From: an uncultured delta proteobacterium
Lineage (GTDB): Bacteria; Desulfobacterota; Binatia; HRBIN30; BPIQ01
Direction of reading: 5' to 3'
Assembly (NCBI GenBank): GCA_963761335.1
Contig: CAVXGR010000003.1
Coordinates: 1-22,605, forward strand
DNA length: 22,605 nucleotides
Under the pieces are notes generated by a model that worked only from the letters and a program-made list of their open reading frames with translations, ran no database searches and had not been told where the DNA came from. This document shows positions 1 to 8,740 of the stretch, one piece after another. Each line of letters opens with the position of its first letter. Within the stretch, counting starts at the first letter, position 1. A program made the position numbers and the translations under genes.

Positions 1-1165
1 CGTGTACTTGGCAGCCATGGTGGCGAACGTCTGCAAGTTCGGCAGGTCGGGAAGACGTGCCGCGGCACAGGAGAGCAGGGCGACAGTGGCGACGAGCCAT
101 GGGAATCTGTCGAGCTGCAGCACGGACCAGGCCATCACCGCGCAGAGGAAGAGAGCCACGAAGACGACCGTGGGCTCCGTACCGCTGAAGCCGGCTACGA
201 CGCCGAAAGCAGCGAGAGCGGCGGCGGAGCCGAAGTCGCGCACGGCGAAGATGAGCAGCAGGAGAGCCACGGTGCACAGTGGCGCGATCAGAGTCGTCCC
301 GGGCTCGAAGGCGGAGGAGAGCACAAAGGGCGAGAACAGAAACACGGCCTGCGCCACGATCGCCGCCGACGTCCCGACCATCCTCCACACCAGAGCGCCG
401 ACGGCGACGGCGCAAAACGCCGCCCAGAAGAGGTGCGCGATCTGCAGCATGGCGAAGGCCGACGACAGGTGCGCGGGTCCGAGCAGAGGAACACCCTCGA
501 GCATCATGTAGGCGTTGGTGTGTCCCGGCGTGGCGCTGTCGGAGAGCACACGCTGGTGGCGCAGCACCACCTCGCCGAGACGTTGCACTTGCAACCACAT
601 GTCGACCAGGCTCGCCGCCCGCGGCGAGCGCCACGCCGTGGGCGCGCTGCAGGCGAGCCACACTCCGGGGGCCACCAGCAGTAGGGCCAGCGCCGCAGCC
701 CGGGAGGACACGAACCGCCGTACGCCCTCGGCCTCTCCCCACAGAAGCACGGCCGCGGGGGCGGCCAGGAAGGCAAAGTAGAGGGTCTCTGCGAGGCGGT
801 CGAAGCGCGCCGCGAAGAGCCCGGCAATCGCTTGGACGAAGGCGAGAGCGAGAGCGATGCGAAGCCCCCACGCCCGCCGCCGATCACCGGCATGCGTCGG
901 CACAGCCCGCCTGACATCCCCCAAGCGCAAGGGCAGCGGAGAGCGAATGCCGGCGGCCACCAAGGCGGCGCCGGCGAGAAGACAGGCAAGGCGGCCGGCG
1001 ACCCACCACTCCGGCACGCCGGGAGGGGACGGGACGCCGCCACAGGCCAGCGCCGAGGCCGGGGGACAGCGGCGGAGTGGCCGCGGGCGCACAGAACAAT
1101 GGCAGGGCGTAGGCGAGAAGGAGGAGTGCGCCGGCGGCCGCCGCCGGGCGCCGCAAGCGGCTCAC
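1..1165 (-). CDS. Polytopic membrane protein, GT-C (ArnT/PMT-like) glycosyltransferase-like; paralog of 3718..5904; one frameshift near 1020-1080; runs off the window
   Basis: Not called intact by the ORF track. The GTG start at 1165 overlaps the upstream TGA (GTGA). It reads ..GALLLLAYALPLFCAPAA.., then in another frame PGVPEWWVAGRLACLL...ASLVDMW...MMLEGVPLL...AVFLFSPFVL...GSAAALAAFGVVAGF...LPDLPNL, open to base 1. These segments align with 3718..5904 (LLLVYALPVF, VPGWWVAGRL, DCVDMF, FYEGLPFL, AAFLFSPYML, GSALALVFLGGLTGF). Confidence 0.75.
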
Positions 1166-2316
1166 CGGGCCGGGGCCGCCGGCGCCTCGGAGACGCCGCG
1201 CAGCCCGTGCGGACTGCTCCCGATGTACTTCAGATTGCAGCACCCGTGGCACCCCGGATAGATGCGCGCCGCGCTGGTGTCGCGGCGAAAGGCGCGCAGG
1301 CGCTCGCCGTTCCACAGCTCGTGGAGACTCTCGCGCGCATATCGCCGTCGTCGGCATAGAAGCACATCGGCGAGTAGCGCCCGTCGGCGTTGATCCCGAG
1401 AATGCTCCAGGGGCCCTCGCACATGGACTCGCCGGGGTCGAGCGCCCGGTCGTCGCGGTAGTGGCGCACGAACTCGTCGATGGGCACGTGCGGGGTCAGG
1501 CGGATCTGCATCCCCCAGTCGCGCGCCAGCTCGTAGCAGCGGATCAGCTGGCGGCGGAGGAGATCCGGATCCACGCCTTCGGGCGGCCGCTGGGCGCGGC
1601 GCAGGAGCTCGAGCTGACCACCCTCGGCGTTGCGCATCAGCTCGTGCTCGGCGAGGAAATTGACCAGGTCGACGCCCAGGCTGCGCGCCAGGTGCATGAA
1701 ATCCACCATGGCGCCGACCGTCTGCCGGGTGACCACCAGCTTCACGTCGAGCTTGGGGAACACCTTCTTGGCCGCGGCGCGCAGGCGCACCATGTGACGG
1801 ATGCCGTCGATCGAGCGCTGCCAGTTCCTTGCGCTGCACGATGCGATCGTGCAGCTCCTCGTCCCCTTCGAGACTCACCTCGACCAGGACCAGCCCGTTC
1901 TGCCAGAGTCGTCGCGGCGCCAGGTCGATGTAGTCGCGGGCCACATCCTCGTCGATCAGAGAGCCGTTGGTGATGATATGCACGCGGTGACGGCGCGCCG
2001 CGTGCGCCAGGATCTCGGGAAAGTCCTTGCGCACCAGGGTCTCGCCGCCGGCGAAGTGAGCAGACGACCGCGCGGAAAGTCGTCGATGTAGCGCACGATG
2101 TCGGCGAAGCTCAGGTCGCGGGCGGAGGGACCGTGCGGCTTCGCCTTGCCCTCGATGATGTCGAGGTAGTGGCACGTTGCAGCGCAGGTTACAGCGATAG
2201 GTGACCTCGATCAACATGTGGATCGGCAGGAAGGCGCGCCCGTCCTTCCACAGCAGGCGGGGTATGGTCCCGTGAAGCTCGAAGGCCTTCTCGAGCACCC
2301 AGCTCAGGTTCACCAT
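1162..2316 (-). CDS. Radical SAM protein with SPASM/twitch C-terminal domain (paralog B); four apparent frameshifts, either sequencing errors or a pseudogene
   Basis: ATG at 2316 (MVNLSWVLEKAFELHG..) with AGGAAG upstream. EVTYRCNLRCN[x]C cluster motif, GGE, TNG, and C-terminal MCEG..MCFY..WNG..YPGCHGCC. Alignment to paralog A needs missing bases at ~2175 (-2), ~2056 (-1), ~1827 (-2) and ~1334 (-1). Confidence 0.85.
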   Translation of the reverse strand: MVNLSWVLEKAFELHGTIPRLLWKDGRAFLPIHMLIEVTYRCNLRCNVPLPRHHRGQGEAARSLRPRPELRRHRALHRRLSARSSAHFAGGETLVRKDFPEILAHAARRHRVHIITNGSLIDEDVARDYIDLAPRRLWQNGLVLVEVSLEGDEELHDRIVQRKELAALDRRHPSHGAPARRGQEGVPQARREAGGHPADGRRHGGFHAPGAQPGRRPGQFPRRARADAQRRGWSARAPAPRPAAARRRGSGSPPPPADPLLRAGARLGDADPPDPARAHRRVRAPLPRRPGARPRRVHVRGPLEHSRDQRRRALLADVLLCRRRRYARESLHELWNGERLRAFRRDTSAARIYPGCHGCCNLKYIGSSPHGLRGVSEAPAAPAR

Positions 2317-3513
2317 GGCGGATCTTCCTGTGGTCGGGCGGCGGGGATGGCGGAAGGACGTTGCCGCGTTTCCTCGGCCCTCACCCCGCGGAGCCCGAAC
2401 TCGAGGCTGCCGACGTACTTCAGGTTGCAGCAGCCGTGGCACCCCGGATAGATCGCCGCGTCGCGCACCTGACTGCGAAAGCGGCGCAGGGGCACTCCGT
2501 TCCAGGCCTCGCGCATGGATACCTCGCGCATGTCACCGGTGGCGAAGTAGGGGCACACGGTTCCGGTGCGCCCGTCGGCGGCGACTCCGACGCGGCTCCA
2601 CACGCCCTCGCAGGCGTACTCCGAAGAGTCGAGGGCCCGGTCCTCCTGATAATGGCGGACGAACTCGTCGATGGGCAGGCGCGGCGTCAGGCGGATCTGC
2701 AGCCCCAGCTGGCGCTCGAGCTCGTAGCAGCGAATGAGCTGTCGGCGCAGGAACGCCGGATCGACGCCCTGCGGCGGTCGCTGCGGCCGCCAGAGATGCT
2801 TCTGCTGCTCGCCGTCGGCGTTTCCCTTCAGGTCGTGCTCGGCGAGGAAGTTCACCAGATCGACCCCGAGCTCCTTCGCCAGATGCATGAAATCGACCAT
2901 GCCGCCGACGGTATCACGGGTGACCACCAGCTTGAGATCCAGCTTGGGGAAGGGCTTTCTCGACTCCCCCCGCAGGCGCGCCAGGTGTCGCACTCCGTCG
3001 ACCGCGCGCCGCCAGCTTCCCGGGTCGCCCGCTCACCCGGTCGTGGGTCCGCTCGTCGCCCTGGAGGCTGACCTCCAACAGGACCAGGCCGCTCTGCCAG
3101 ATGCGGCGCGGCGCCAGGTCGATGTAGGCCCGCGCCACCCCCTCATCGATCAGCACGCCGTTGGTGATGATGTGCACCCGATGGCCGCGAGCCGCGTACG
3201 CGAGGATCTCGGGGAAATCCTTGCGCACCGTCGTCTCTCCGCCAACGAAGCTGATCAGCCGGCCGCGCGGAAACTCGTCGATCCAGCGGCGCAGGTGCCC
3301 GATCTCCACGTCCCCGCGCGACGGCCCCACCGGCTTCCGCCGGCCTTCGATGATGTCCAGGTATTGGCAGAAGTTGCAGCGCAGGTTGCAGCGATAGGTG
3401 ACCTCCATGAGCATGTGGAGTGGCGAGAAGGCGCGCCCGTCTCTCCACAGCAGCCGCGGAATCGTGCCGTGAATCTCGAACAGCCGCTCGAGTACCCAGC
3501 TGAGGTTCACCAT
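2310..3513 (-). CDS. Radical SAM protein with SPASM/twitch C-terminal domain (paralog A); one frameshift near 3018-3021
   Basis: ATG at 3513, CNLRCNFC (CxxxCxxC), SFVGGE, ITNG, HDRVSGRPG. One extra base then switches to the frame SWRRAVDGVRHL...YACEG..TVCPY..WNG..YPGCHGCC. The TGA at 2310-2312 overlaps the paralog B start (ATGGTGA). Confidence 0.88.
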
Positions 3514-3535
3514 CAATTTGCGGATCCGAACCTCA

Positions 3536-3565
3536 GAGATATTCCGCCCGAAGCGCCGAAGTCAA
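3536..3565 (-). promoter_or_regulatory. Possible sigma70 promoter for the radical SAM pair
   Basis: TTGACT (3565-3560), 18-nt spacer, TATCTC (3541-3536), 22 nt upstream of the ATG at 3513. The -10 is weak. Confidence 0.3.
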
Positions 3566-3678
3566 TTGTTTCCTCGGTTTCCGTGGGAGCGCCGCCAGCT
3601 TGGCCGCCTCTGCTCTTTAACAGCCGCTTGCGGTCGGGACGGCCGCGCTCTCACGCTAAAGTCCATGATTCCTCTCGA

Positions 3679-3708
3679 TTGCCAACTCCGAAGCCGGCGC
3701 GTTATACC
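3679..3708 (+). promoter_or_regulatory. Possible sigma70 promoter for the GT-C-like gene
   Basis: TTGCCA (3679-3684), 18 nt, TATACC (3703-3708), 9 nt before the ATG at 3718; no Shine-Dalgarno. Confidence 0.3.
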
Positions 3709-3717
3709 CGGCCTTTC

Positions 3718-5904
3718 ATGCCCGCAACCGCAGACCGCAAGACTGGAGATGGCGTCATTCTCGCCATCGCCCTCGCCCTTCTCCTGGTCTACGCGCTGCC
3801 GGTGTTCTTCCCGCCGCCTCCGCTCTCGAGCGCTCCGGCGACGGCGGCAACCCCCCTGCTGACGCGCGTCTTCCCACAGGTGCCGGGCTGGTGGGTCGCC
3901 GGGCGCCTGCTGGCGCTGCTGCTGGGGGCCGTCCTCATCGGCAGCCGCGGCGGAGGGGTGCGGATCCGCTTTCCGGCCCCGGGGGAAACCGCGGCCGGTG
4001 CCGACGGCCCTTGGGCGCTGCGCCTGGCGCTGCTTGCCGCCGTGGTGCAGTTCGCCTGCCTGCCCTTCGTCCACCACCTCCCGGACCTCGCCAAGACCAT
4101 TTACCTACTCTGGCTCGTGGTTCCAGCGGTGATCCTCCTGCTGGCCCGTGTCGGGCGCGTCATCCGTCAGGGTAGAAGCGGCGTCTCGCCGCTTTCGGAA
4201 TCGCCGGAACGCCACTTCTTCTCCGTGCCGGGCTGGGCCTGGGGCACGGCGGCGATCGTCCTCGTGTGGGCAGCGGTGCGTCTGGCGGCGTCATGGCACT
4301 CGGCGATCGTCGCCGACTGCGTCGACATGTTCCGCACCCTCGGCGGCCTCGTGCGCCTGGCGACCACCAACGCCGACGTGATGACCGCATCGATGGGCAT
4401 CAAGGAGGGGGTGGGCGACATCGAGGTGGTCGGCGTCAATGCCGTGCAGCTCTTCTACGAGGGGCTGCCGTTTCTGCGGCTCTTCTCTCACACGCCCTGC
4501 ATGTGGTGGATGCAGGTTTTCAACGCCATCTGGATCGGCCTCGCGGGAGGGCTGGTGGCGGTGCTGTGTCGAACCCTGATCGGCGGCCGCGCGGCCCCGG
4601 TGGCGACCGCCGCCTTCCTCTTCTCGCCGTACATGTTGACGGTGCAGATCCTGCCGGTGCCAACGGTCTGCATCCCGCTCGTGGTTCTGCTCGTGCTGTT
4701 GCCGCTGCGATTCTACCGCTCCGGATCGGCTCTGGCGCTGGTCTTTCTCGGCGGGCTCACCGGTTTCACGGCGACACTGCCGTCGATTACCCTGATGACC
4801 GGGCTGGCGATCCTCGTCGTCGCCTGGAGGATCTGGAGCGGGCCGCGTGTGTCACGCCTCGCCCTCGTCACGGCGATCATGCTGTTCGTCTCCTTCAGCA
4901 CGCCGAACATCCCGACCTGGACCGCCCTCCGCGAGGCCTACAACTGGTACGTGCTGAAGAGCTGGCCCATGTCCGTGGGGGTGGAGACGCTCCAGGGTCA
5001 GATCTCACCGAGCGCGACGACCTGGACCAAGGTGGATCCGCCGGGGACGCCGCTGCTGATGGCGGCAACCCTGGTGTCGCCTTTCGCCACGCCGCGGAAC
5101 TCGCTGCGCAACTGGGGCGACGTCGTCTTCGAGCCGCTGAGCGCCGCTCTCTGCGCCATCGGCCTCGTCCTCTGCCTCCGCCAGCTCTTCCGCAGTCAAG
5201 GATCGCTCTACCTGATGGCTTTTCTCGCCGCCGGCTTCATCCCCGGCTTCGTCTCCAGCTACGACCGGCCGTCGCTGACGCGCATCTACGGGGTCACCGT
5301 GCCGCTCGCCGTCCTCGCGGCGATCGGCTTGCTCGGCGTGCTGGCGGCGGCGCGCCGGCTGCGCTGGCGGGTGAGCATGGCCACCGCCGTCGCCATCGGC
5401 GCCAGCGGCCTGCTGATCTTCGACGTGGTGAACCCGCGCATCCTCTCGCAATCGACGTGGGGGCTGCTCATGCGCTCGGTGGACGTCGCCTGGCTGGATC
5501 GCGTCGCCATGCTCACCGCGGAGGGGCGGGCGCTCAACCAGAACAAGGTCGCCGACAACGCGCAGCTCTGGGAGGCCGACTGGCTGCGGCACTACCATCC
5601 GTATATTTCCGAGCTGGCACGCTGTGCGCCGCGGCACTCGGTGCCGATCATCGCCATCCAGAAGCCCGAGGAGCTGCAGGCCTACGACCTGCTCTTCTGG
5701 AACCCCGCCCTCGACCAGACGATCCAGATCACCCGCCGCGACATCTGCCGCTTGTGGCCCGACGCCACCCTCTACACCATTTTCGATCGGGCGGGACTGT
5801 CGCGCGTCTACGCCGCCCAGATCCACGGCTCCGACTGGCGCCCGTCGCTGCCGCAGAAGCAGTGGAGCACGAGGAGCTGCGGGGAGGCGGATGTTGGGGG
5901 TTGA
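3718..5904 (+). CDS. Polytopic membrane protein, GT-C (ArnT/PMT-like) glycosyltransferase-like, 728 aa, with soluble C-terminal domain
   Basis: The real start is probably the ATG at 3718; the ORF-track extension overlaps the radical SAM genes antisense. More than 10 hydrophobic segments, acidic DxxD (ADCVDM) in an early loop, AFLFSPY, late SYDRPSLTRIYGVTVPLAVLAAIG (compare the ArnT/PMT_2 P..R...P pattern), and a hydrophilic tail. Confidence 0.75.
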   Translation: MPATADRKTGDGVILAIALALLLVYALPVFFPPPPLSSAPATAATPLLTRVFPQVPGWWVAGRLLALLLGAVLIGSRGGGVRIRFPAPGETAAGADGPWALRLALLAAVVQFACLPFVHHLPDLAKTIYLLWLVVPAVILLLARVGRVIRQGRSGVSPLSESPERHFFSVPGWAWGTAAIVLVWAAVRLAASWHSAIVADCVDMFRTLGGLVRLATTNADVMTASMGIKEGVGDIEVVGVNAVQLFYEGLPFLRLFSHTPCMWWMQVFNAIWIGLAGGLVAVLCRTLIGGRAAPVATAAFLFSPYMLTVQILPVPTVCIPLVVLLVLLPLRFYRSGSALALVFLGGLTGFTATLPSITLMTGLAILVVAWRIWSGPRVSRLALVTAIMLFVSFSTPNIPTWTALREAYNWYVLKSWPMSVGVETLQGQISPSATTWTKVDPPGTPLLMAATLVSPFATPRNSLRNWGDVVFEPLSAALCAIGLVLCLRQLFRSQGSLYLMAFLAAGFIPGFVSSYDRPSLTRIYGVTVPLAVLAAIGLLGVLAAARRLRWRVSMATAVAIGASGLLIFDVVNPRILSQSTWGLLMRSVDVAWLDRVAMLTAEGRALNQNKVADNAQLWEADWLRHYHPYISELARCAPRHSVPIIAIQKPEELQAYDLLFWNPALDQTIQITRRDICRLWPDATLYTIFDRAGLSRVYAAQIHGSDWRPSLPQKQWSTRSCGEADVGG

Positions 5905-5950
5905 GGTGTGCGGCCTTGAGGAGATCTGGGCTCTGTGAGATCTTTCCCGC

Positions 5951-6178
5951 ATGGGTGTCACGGGCCGCAGAACCCTCGCCGACGAAGTGGCGAAGCACTT
6001 CCATGGCACGCCTGCGTCGCGGCTGCGCACCGCCCGCCGACTCGGGCGGCGCGCTCTCGAGCTGTTTCGCGCCACGCTGCCCGAAGCGACGTCACTGAAC
6101 GAAGCGCGGCGGCAGCTCGAGATTCGGAAACACCACGGACGGCGACGGAGCGGGGCAGTCGAGGCGCTGCGGGGATGA
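5951..6178 (+). CDS. Small helical protein (75 aa), putative MenA1-like antitoxin
   Basis: Its stop overlaps the nucleotidyltransferase start (ATGA at 6175-6178). TPASRLRTARRLGRRALELFR looks like an amphipathic helix, and the layout is antitoxin then toxin. Confidence 0.6.
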   Translation: MGVTGRRTLADEVAKHFHGTPASRLRTARRLGRRALELFRATLPEATSLNEARRQLEIRKHHGRRRSGAVEALRG

Positions 6179-6705
6179 GCCTGGTGGGCGATGTGATCGC
6201 CTACCTTGGAAAGCGCCGGGTGAAATGTGCGCTGATCGGGGGAGAGGCGCTGGCTGTTCACGGGGTCGCCCGGGCCACTGTCGACTCCGATGTCATGGTC
6301 GCCAGTCCCGAGGCGTTGCAGGATGAGTTCTGGTCGAGGCTCGTTCCGCATGCGGTAGTGGAAAGCCGTCGCGGCGACACCGATGATCCGCTCGTTGGGT
6401 TGGTGCGCATCCGCCGGCGCCGCGAGCAGACCGACGTCATCGTCGGGCGTCCATGGGTGCGCCGCATGCTCGAGCGGACCATTGATATCCGCGTCGGGAC
6501 GGAGAACCTCCCCGTCGTCGATCGAGTCGACCTGATTCTTCTCAAGCTGTTTGCCGCCGGGCCACAAGATCTCCTCGATATCCGCCTCTTGCTCGCCTCC
6601 GCAGGCGAGGAGCTTCCCGAGCAGATCGAACAGCGCCTGGCCGGCATGCCTGCCGAGATCGCTCGCGCCTGGCGCCGCCTGCATCGGGCCCCACCGGGAC
6701 GTTGA
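6175..6705 (+). CDS. Nucleotidyltransferase, AbiEii/DUF1814 (MenT-like) family, 176 aa; putative toxin
   Basis: ALIGGEALAVHGVARATVDSDVMV (GG...RxTxDxD motif) and LILLKLFAAGPQDLLDI (K...QD..D motif). Confidence 0.8.
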   Translation: MSLVGDVIAYLGKRRVKCALIGGEALAVHGVARATVDSDVMVASPEALQDEFWSRLVPHAVVESRRGDTDDPLVGLVRIRRRREQTDVIVGRPWVRRMLERTIDIRVGTENLPVVDRVDLILLKLFAAGPQDLLDIRLLLASAGEELPEQIEQRLAGMPAEIARAWRRLHRAPPGR

Positions 6706-6753
6706 TTGACGGCGGTTCCGACGCAACATATCCCGTCCTCACGGAGACGCCGC

Positions 6754-7566
6754 ATGACCGACTTCGACACAGACGCCTATCTGGAACGCCTGGGGATGTC
6801 CGCGGCACCCGAGCCGACTGTTGAGGGGCTCGCGGCGTTGCACCGGGCGCAGGCGTTCACCATTCCGTTCGAGAACTTCGACATCCTCCTGGAGCGGGGC
6901 ATCTCGCTGGATCCGGCGGCCGTTTTCGACAAGCTGGTCCGGCGGCAGCGCGGCGGCTACTGCTTCGAGCTCAATGGCCTGTTCCTGGAGGCGCTGCGCG
7001 CCTTCGGATTCGAGGTGCGCCCGCTGCTAGGGCGCGTCCACATCATGGGCGCGCCGACCGGACGCTCCCATCAGGTCAGCCTGGTGCGAATCGGCGGCGA
7101 GGACTGGATTGCCGACGTCGGATTCGGCGCCGCCACCGCGCCCGTGCCGATGCGCCTGGTGATGGAGCAGCCGGCTGCCGTCCACGATTCGACTCGCCGC
7201 TACGTGGAGAACCCCCTGTTCGGGGTCATGCTGCAGATGCAGACACCGGATGGATGGGCGAACCTCTACAGCTTCGACCTGGGTCATGTCTGCGACGCCG
7301 ACCGGGAGATGGGCAACCACTTCACCTCGAGCCATCCGCTGTCGTTCTTCACCTGGACGCGGGTCGCCTCGCGGCCGACGCCGAGGGGGCGGGTCTCCCT
7401 GATGGACTTCAGGCTGCGAACCGTGACCGACGGCGAGGAGGGCACCGCCACGCTCGAGCCGGGGGCCGCCTACCTCGCCGGCCTCCGGGAACATTTCGGC
7501 ATCGCGCTGGACGCACCCTACGAAGCCTTACGGCCGGTGCGCGCCGACAACCAGATCGGCATCTGA
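6754..7566 (+). CDS. nat: Arylamine N-acetyltransferase family protein, 270 aa
   Basis: IPFENFD, RGGYCFELNGLF (catalytic Cys), SHQVSLV (His), IADVGFG (Asp). GGAGA RBS upstream of the ATG at 6754. Confidence 0.93.
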   Translation: MTDFDTDAYLERLGMSAAPEPTVEGLAALHRAQAFTIPFENFDILLERGISLDPAAVFDKLVRRQRGGYCFELNGLFLEALRAFGFEVRPLLGRVHIMGAPTGRSHQVSLVRIGGEDWIADVGFGAATAPVPMRLVMEQPAAVHDSTRRYVENPLFGVMLQMQTPDGWANLYSFDLGHVCDADREMGNHFTSSHPLSFFTWTRVASRPTPRGRVSLMDFRLRTVTDGEEGTATLEPGAAYLAGLREHFGIALDAPYEALRPVRADNQIGI

Positions 7567-7572
7567 ACGCAG

Positions 7573-7600
7573 CGCGGGGCACGATGCCTCGTGCCCCGCG
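7573..7600. terminator. Perfect 12-bp hairpin between convergent genes, likely a bidirectional terminator
   Basis: CGCGGGGCACGA-tgcc-TCGTGCCCCGCG lies between the nat stop (7566) and the lipoprotein stop (7626). There is no strong U-tract. Confidence 0.65.
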
Positions 7601-7625
7601 TTCGACTCCTGACCCGGCGTCTGGT

Positions 7626-8609
7626 TCAGGACTCCTTGTGAAGATCGACCAGGGCGTAGCCGTTCGACATCGGCGGAAACGACGTCGTGGTCACCGTGTA
7701 CAGGCCCTCGATGGTGTCGCCGCCGACCAGCGACAGGGTGAAGACGATCACGTTGGGGTTTGGCGGCCCGATGTTGTAGCTGAGATTCTCGGCGGTCCGC
7801 ACGACCATCGTGACCTGACTGCCGCCGACGAAGATGTTGCCGCCGAGGTCGGTGACCTGCACTTGGCCACCGGCAACCTCGATCTTGATGCGGGCCGAGT
7901 CGTGCACCCCGGTCGTCTGGTTCACCTTACTGCCGCTCCACGTCCCCAACATCGCCGAGGAGATTCCGGGAGGCACGACGCCCGTCGTCGGCGTGGGATT
8001 GCCTCCGCCACCCGGCGTCTCCGTGGAAGTGGGCGTGGGTGTCGGCGGGTTGGGGTTGCTGCTCGTGGGCGTCACCGTGGGGGCGACGCCGCTGATCGTG
8101 CCCGAGTACTGGGCCGAGTTGAGCGCCAGCGTCATGCTCCCGCCGCCGGGGAACAACGGCAGGATGCCGCTGAGGTCGACTTGCACCGGCTGCCCCTGGT
8201 CGTCGGTGAAGTTGCCGTGGACCGAGAACTCGCCGGTCTCTGGATCCACGGTGCCGGTGAGATTGGCCGTCGCAATGACGGCAGCCGCACGGCCGACGCC
8301 GGTGGAACCTGCCGTGGTGAAGAAGCTCACAGTGTTGCCGTCCGAAATGGTGAGCGTGCCGGTCGCGTCCCCATTGGCCTGCACGCTCAGCTCGACCCGC
8401 GCACTCTGGGCGTTCGCCAGGGCCACAGTGCCGGTGTAGTCGCCGGCGATCGCCGGCGGTGCCGGCGTATTCGTCGCCGCCGGGGGTACGGTTGCAGTCG
8501 GCGAGCCTGCCGGGCTGCTGTCGTTTCCGTCGCAGCCCGAGATCACCAACAGGGTCATGAGAGCGCATGGCATCAGCCAGGCCCCCAGATTTCGATTCAT
8601 ACGGGTCAT
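7626..8609 (-). CDS. Lipoprotein with two beta-rich domains and Pro/Thr-rich linkers, function unknown
   Basis: GGAGGT SD 7 nt before the ATG at 8609. Signal peptide ends in lipobox LVISG-C. Linkers SPTATVPPAATNTP and PTVTPTSSNPNPPTPTPTSTETPGGGGNPTPTT; domains begin IAGDYTGT and MLGTWSGS. Confidence 0.8.
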   Translation of the reverse strand: MTRMNRNLGAWLMPCALMTLLVISGCDGNDSSPAGSPTATVPPAATNTPAPPAIAGDYTGTVALANAQSARVELSVQANGDATGTLTISDGNTVSFFTTAGSTGVGRAAAVIATANLTGTVDPETGEFSVHGNFTDDQGQPVQVDLSGILPLFPGGGSMTLALNSAQYSGTISGVAPTVTPTSSNPNPPTPTPTSTETPGGGGNPTPTTGVVPPGISSAMLGTWSGSKVNQTTGVHDSARIKIEVAGGQVQVTDLGGNIFVGGSQVTMVVRTAENLSYNIGPPNPNVIVFTLSLVGGDTIEGLYTVTTTSFPPMSNGYALVDLHKES

Positions 8610-8637
8610 CCCCTCCACCTCCAGGGTAGAATTTTTC

Positions 8638-8673
8638 ACTTTAAGGGCGTTCGAAGGCGATGAACAATGTTCA
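8638..8673 (-). promoter_or_regulatory. Possible promoter for the lipoprotein gene with an overlapping palindromic operator
   Basis: Perfect inverted repeat TGAACA-A-TGTTCA at 8661-8673. On the minus strand, TTGTTC (8667-8662), 18 nt, TAAAGT (8643-8638), in an AT-rich intergenic region. Confidence 0.4.
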
Positions 8674-8740
8674 ACGTCTGGCAACGGGAGGCTGAACGGA
8701 CGCGAAAAAATGGATGGGCGGATGCGGCGGCCGGGCTAAA

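Noticed and set aside
2..914. Plus-strand ORFs 2..511 and 279..914
   Set aside because: They are antisense to the GT-C paralog and have low-complexity Ala/Thr/Arg composition.
2734..3717. N-terminal 328 aa of the 1056-aa ORF 2734..5904
   Set aside because: It is an antisense shadow of radical SAM A plus intergenic DNA; homology with the paralogs starts only after the ATG at 3718.
1162..3717. RiPP cluster interpretation of the tandem radical SAM pair
   Set aside because: There is no convincing precursor peptide, RRE/PqqD domain or peptidase-transporter, and the neighbours are glycosyltransferase-like.
6754..7566. Functional link between the arylamine N-acetyltransferase and the AurF-like enzyme
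   Set aside because: They are more than 12 kb apart in separate transcription units, and no aminobenzoate biosynthesis genes are present.
8663..8672. Possible LexA box (GAAC...GTTC)
   Set aside because: The spacer is 3 nt rather than the 4 nt of the Gram-positive GAAC-N4-GTTC box, and the gene is not repair-related.
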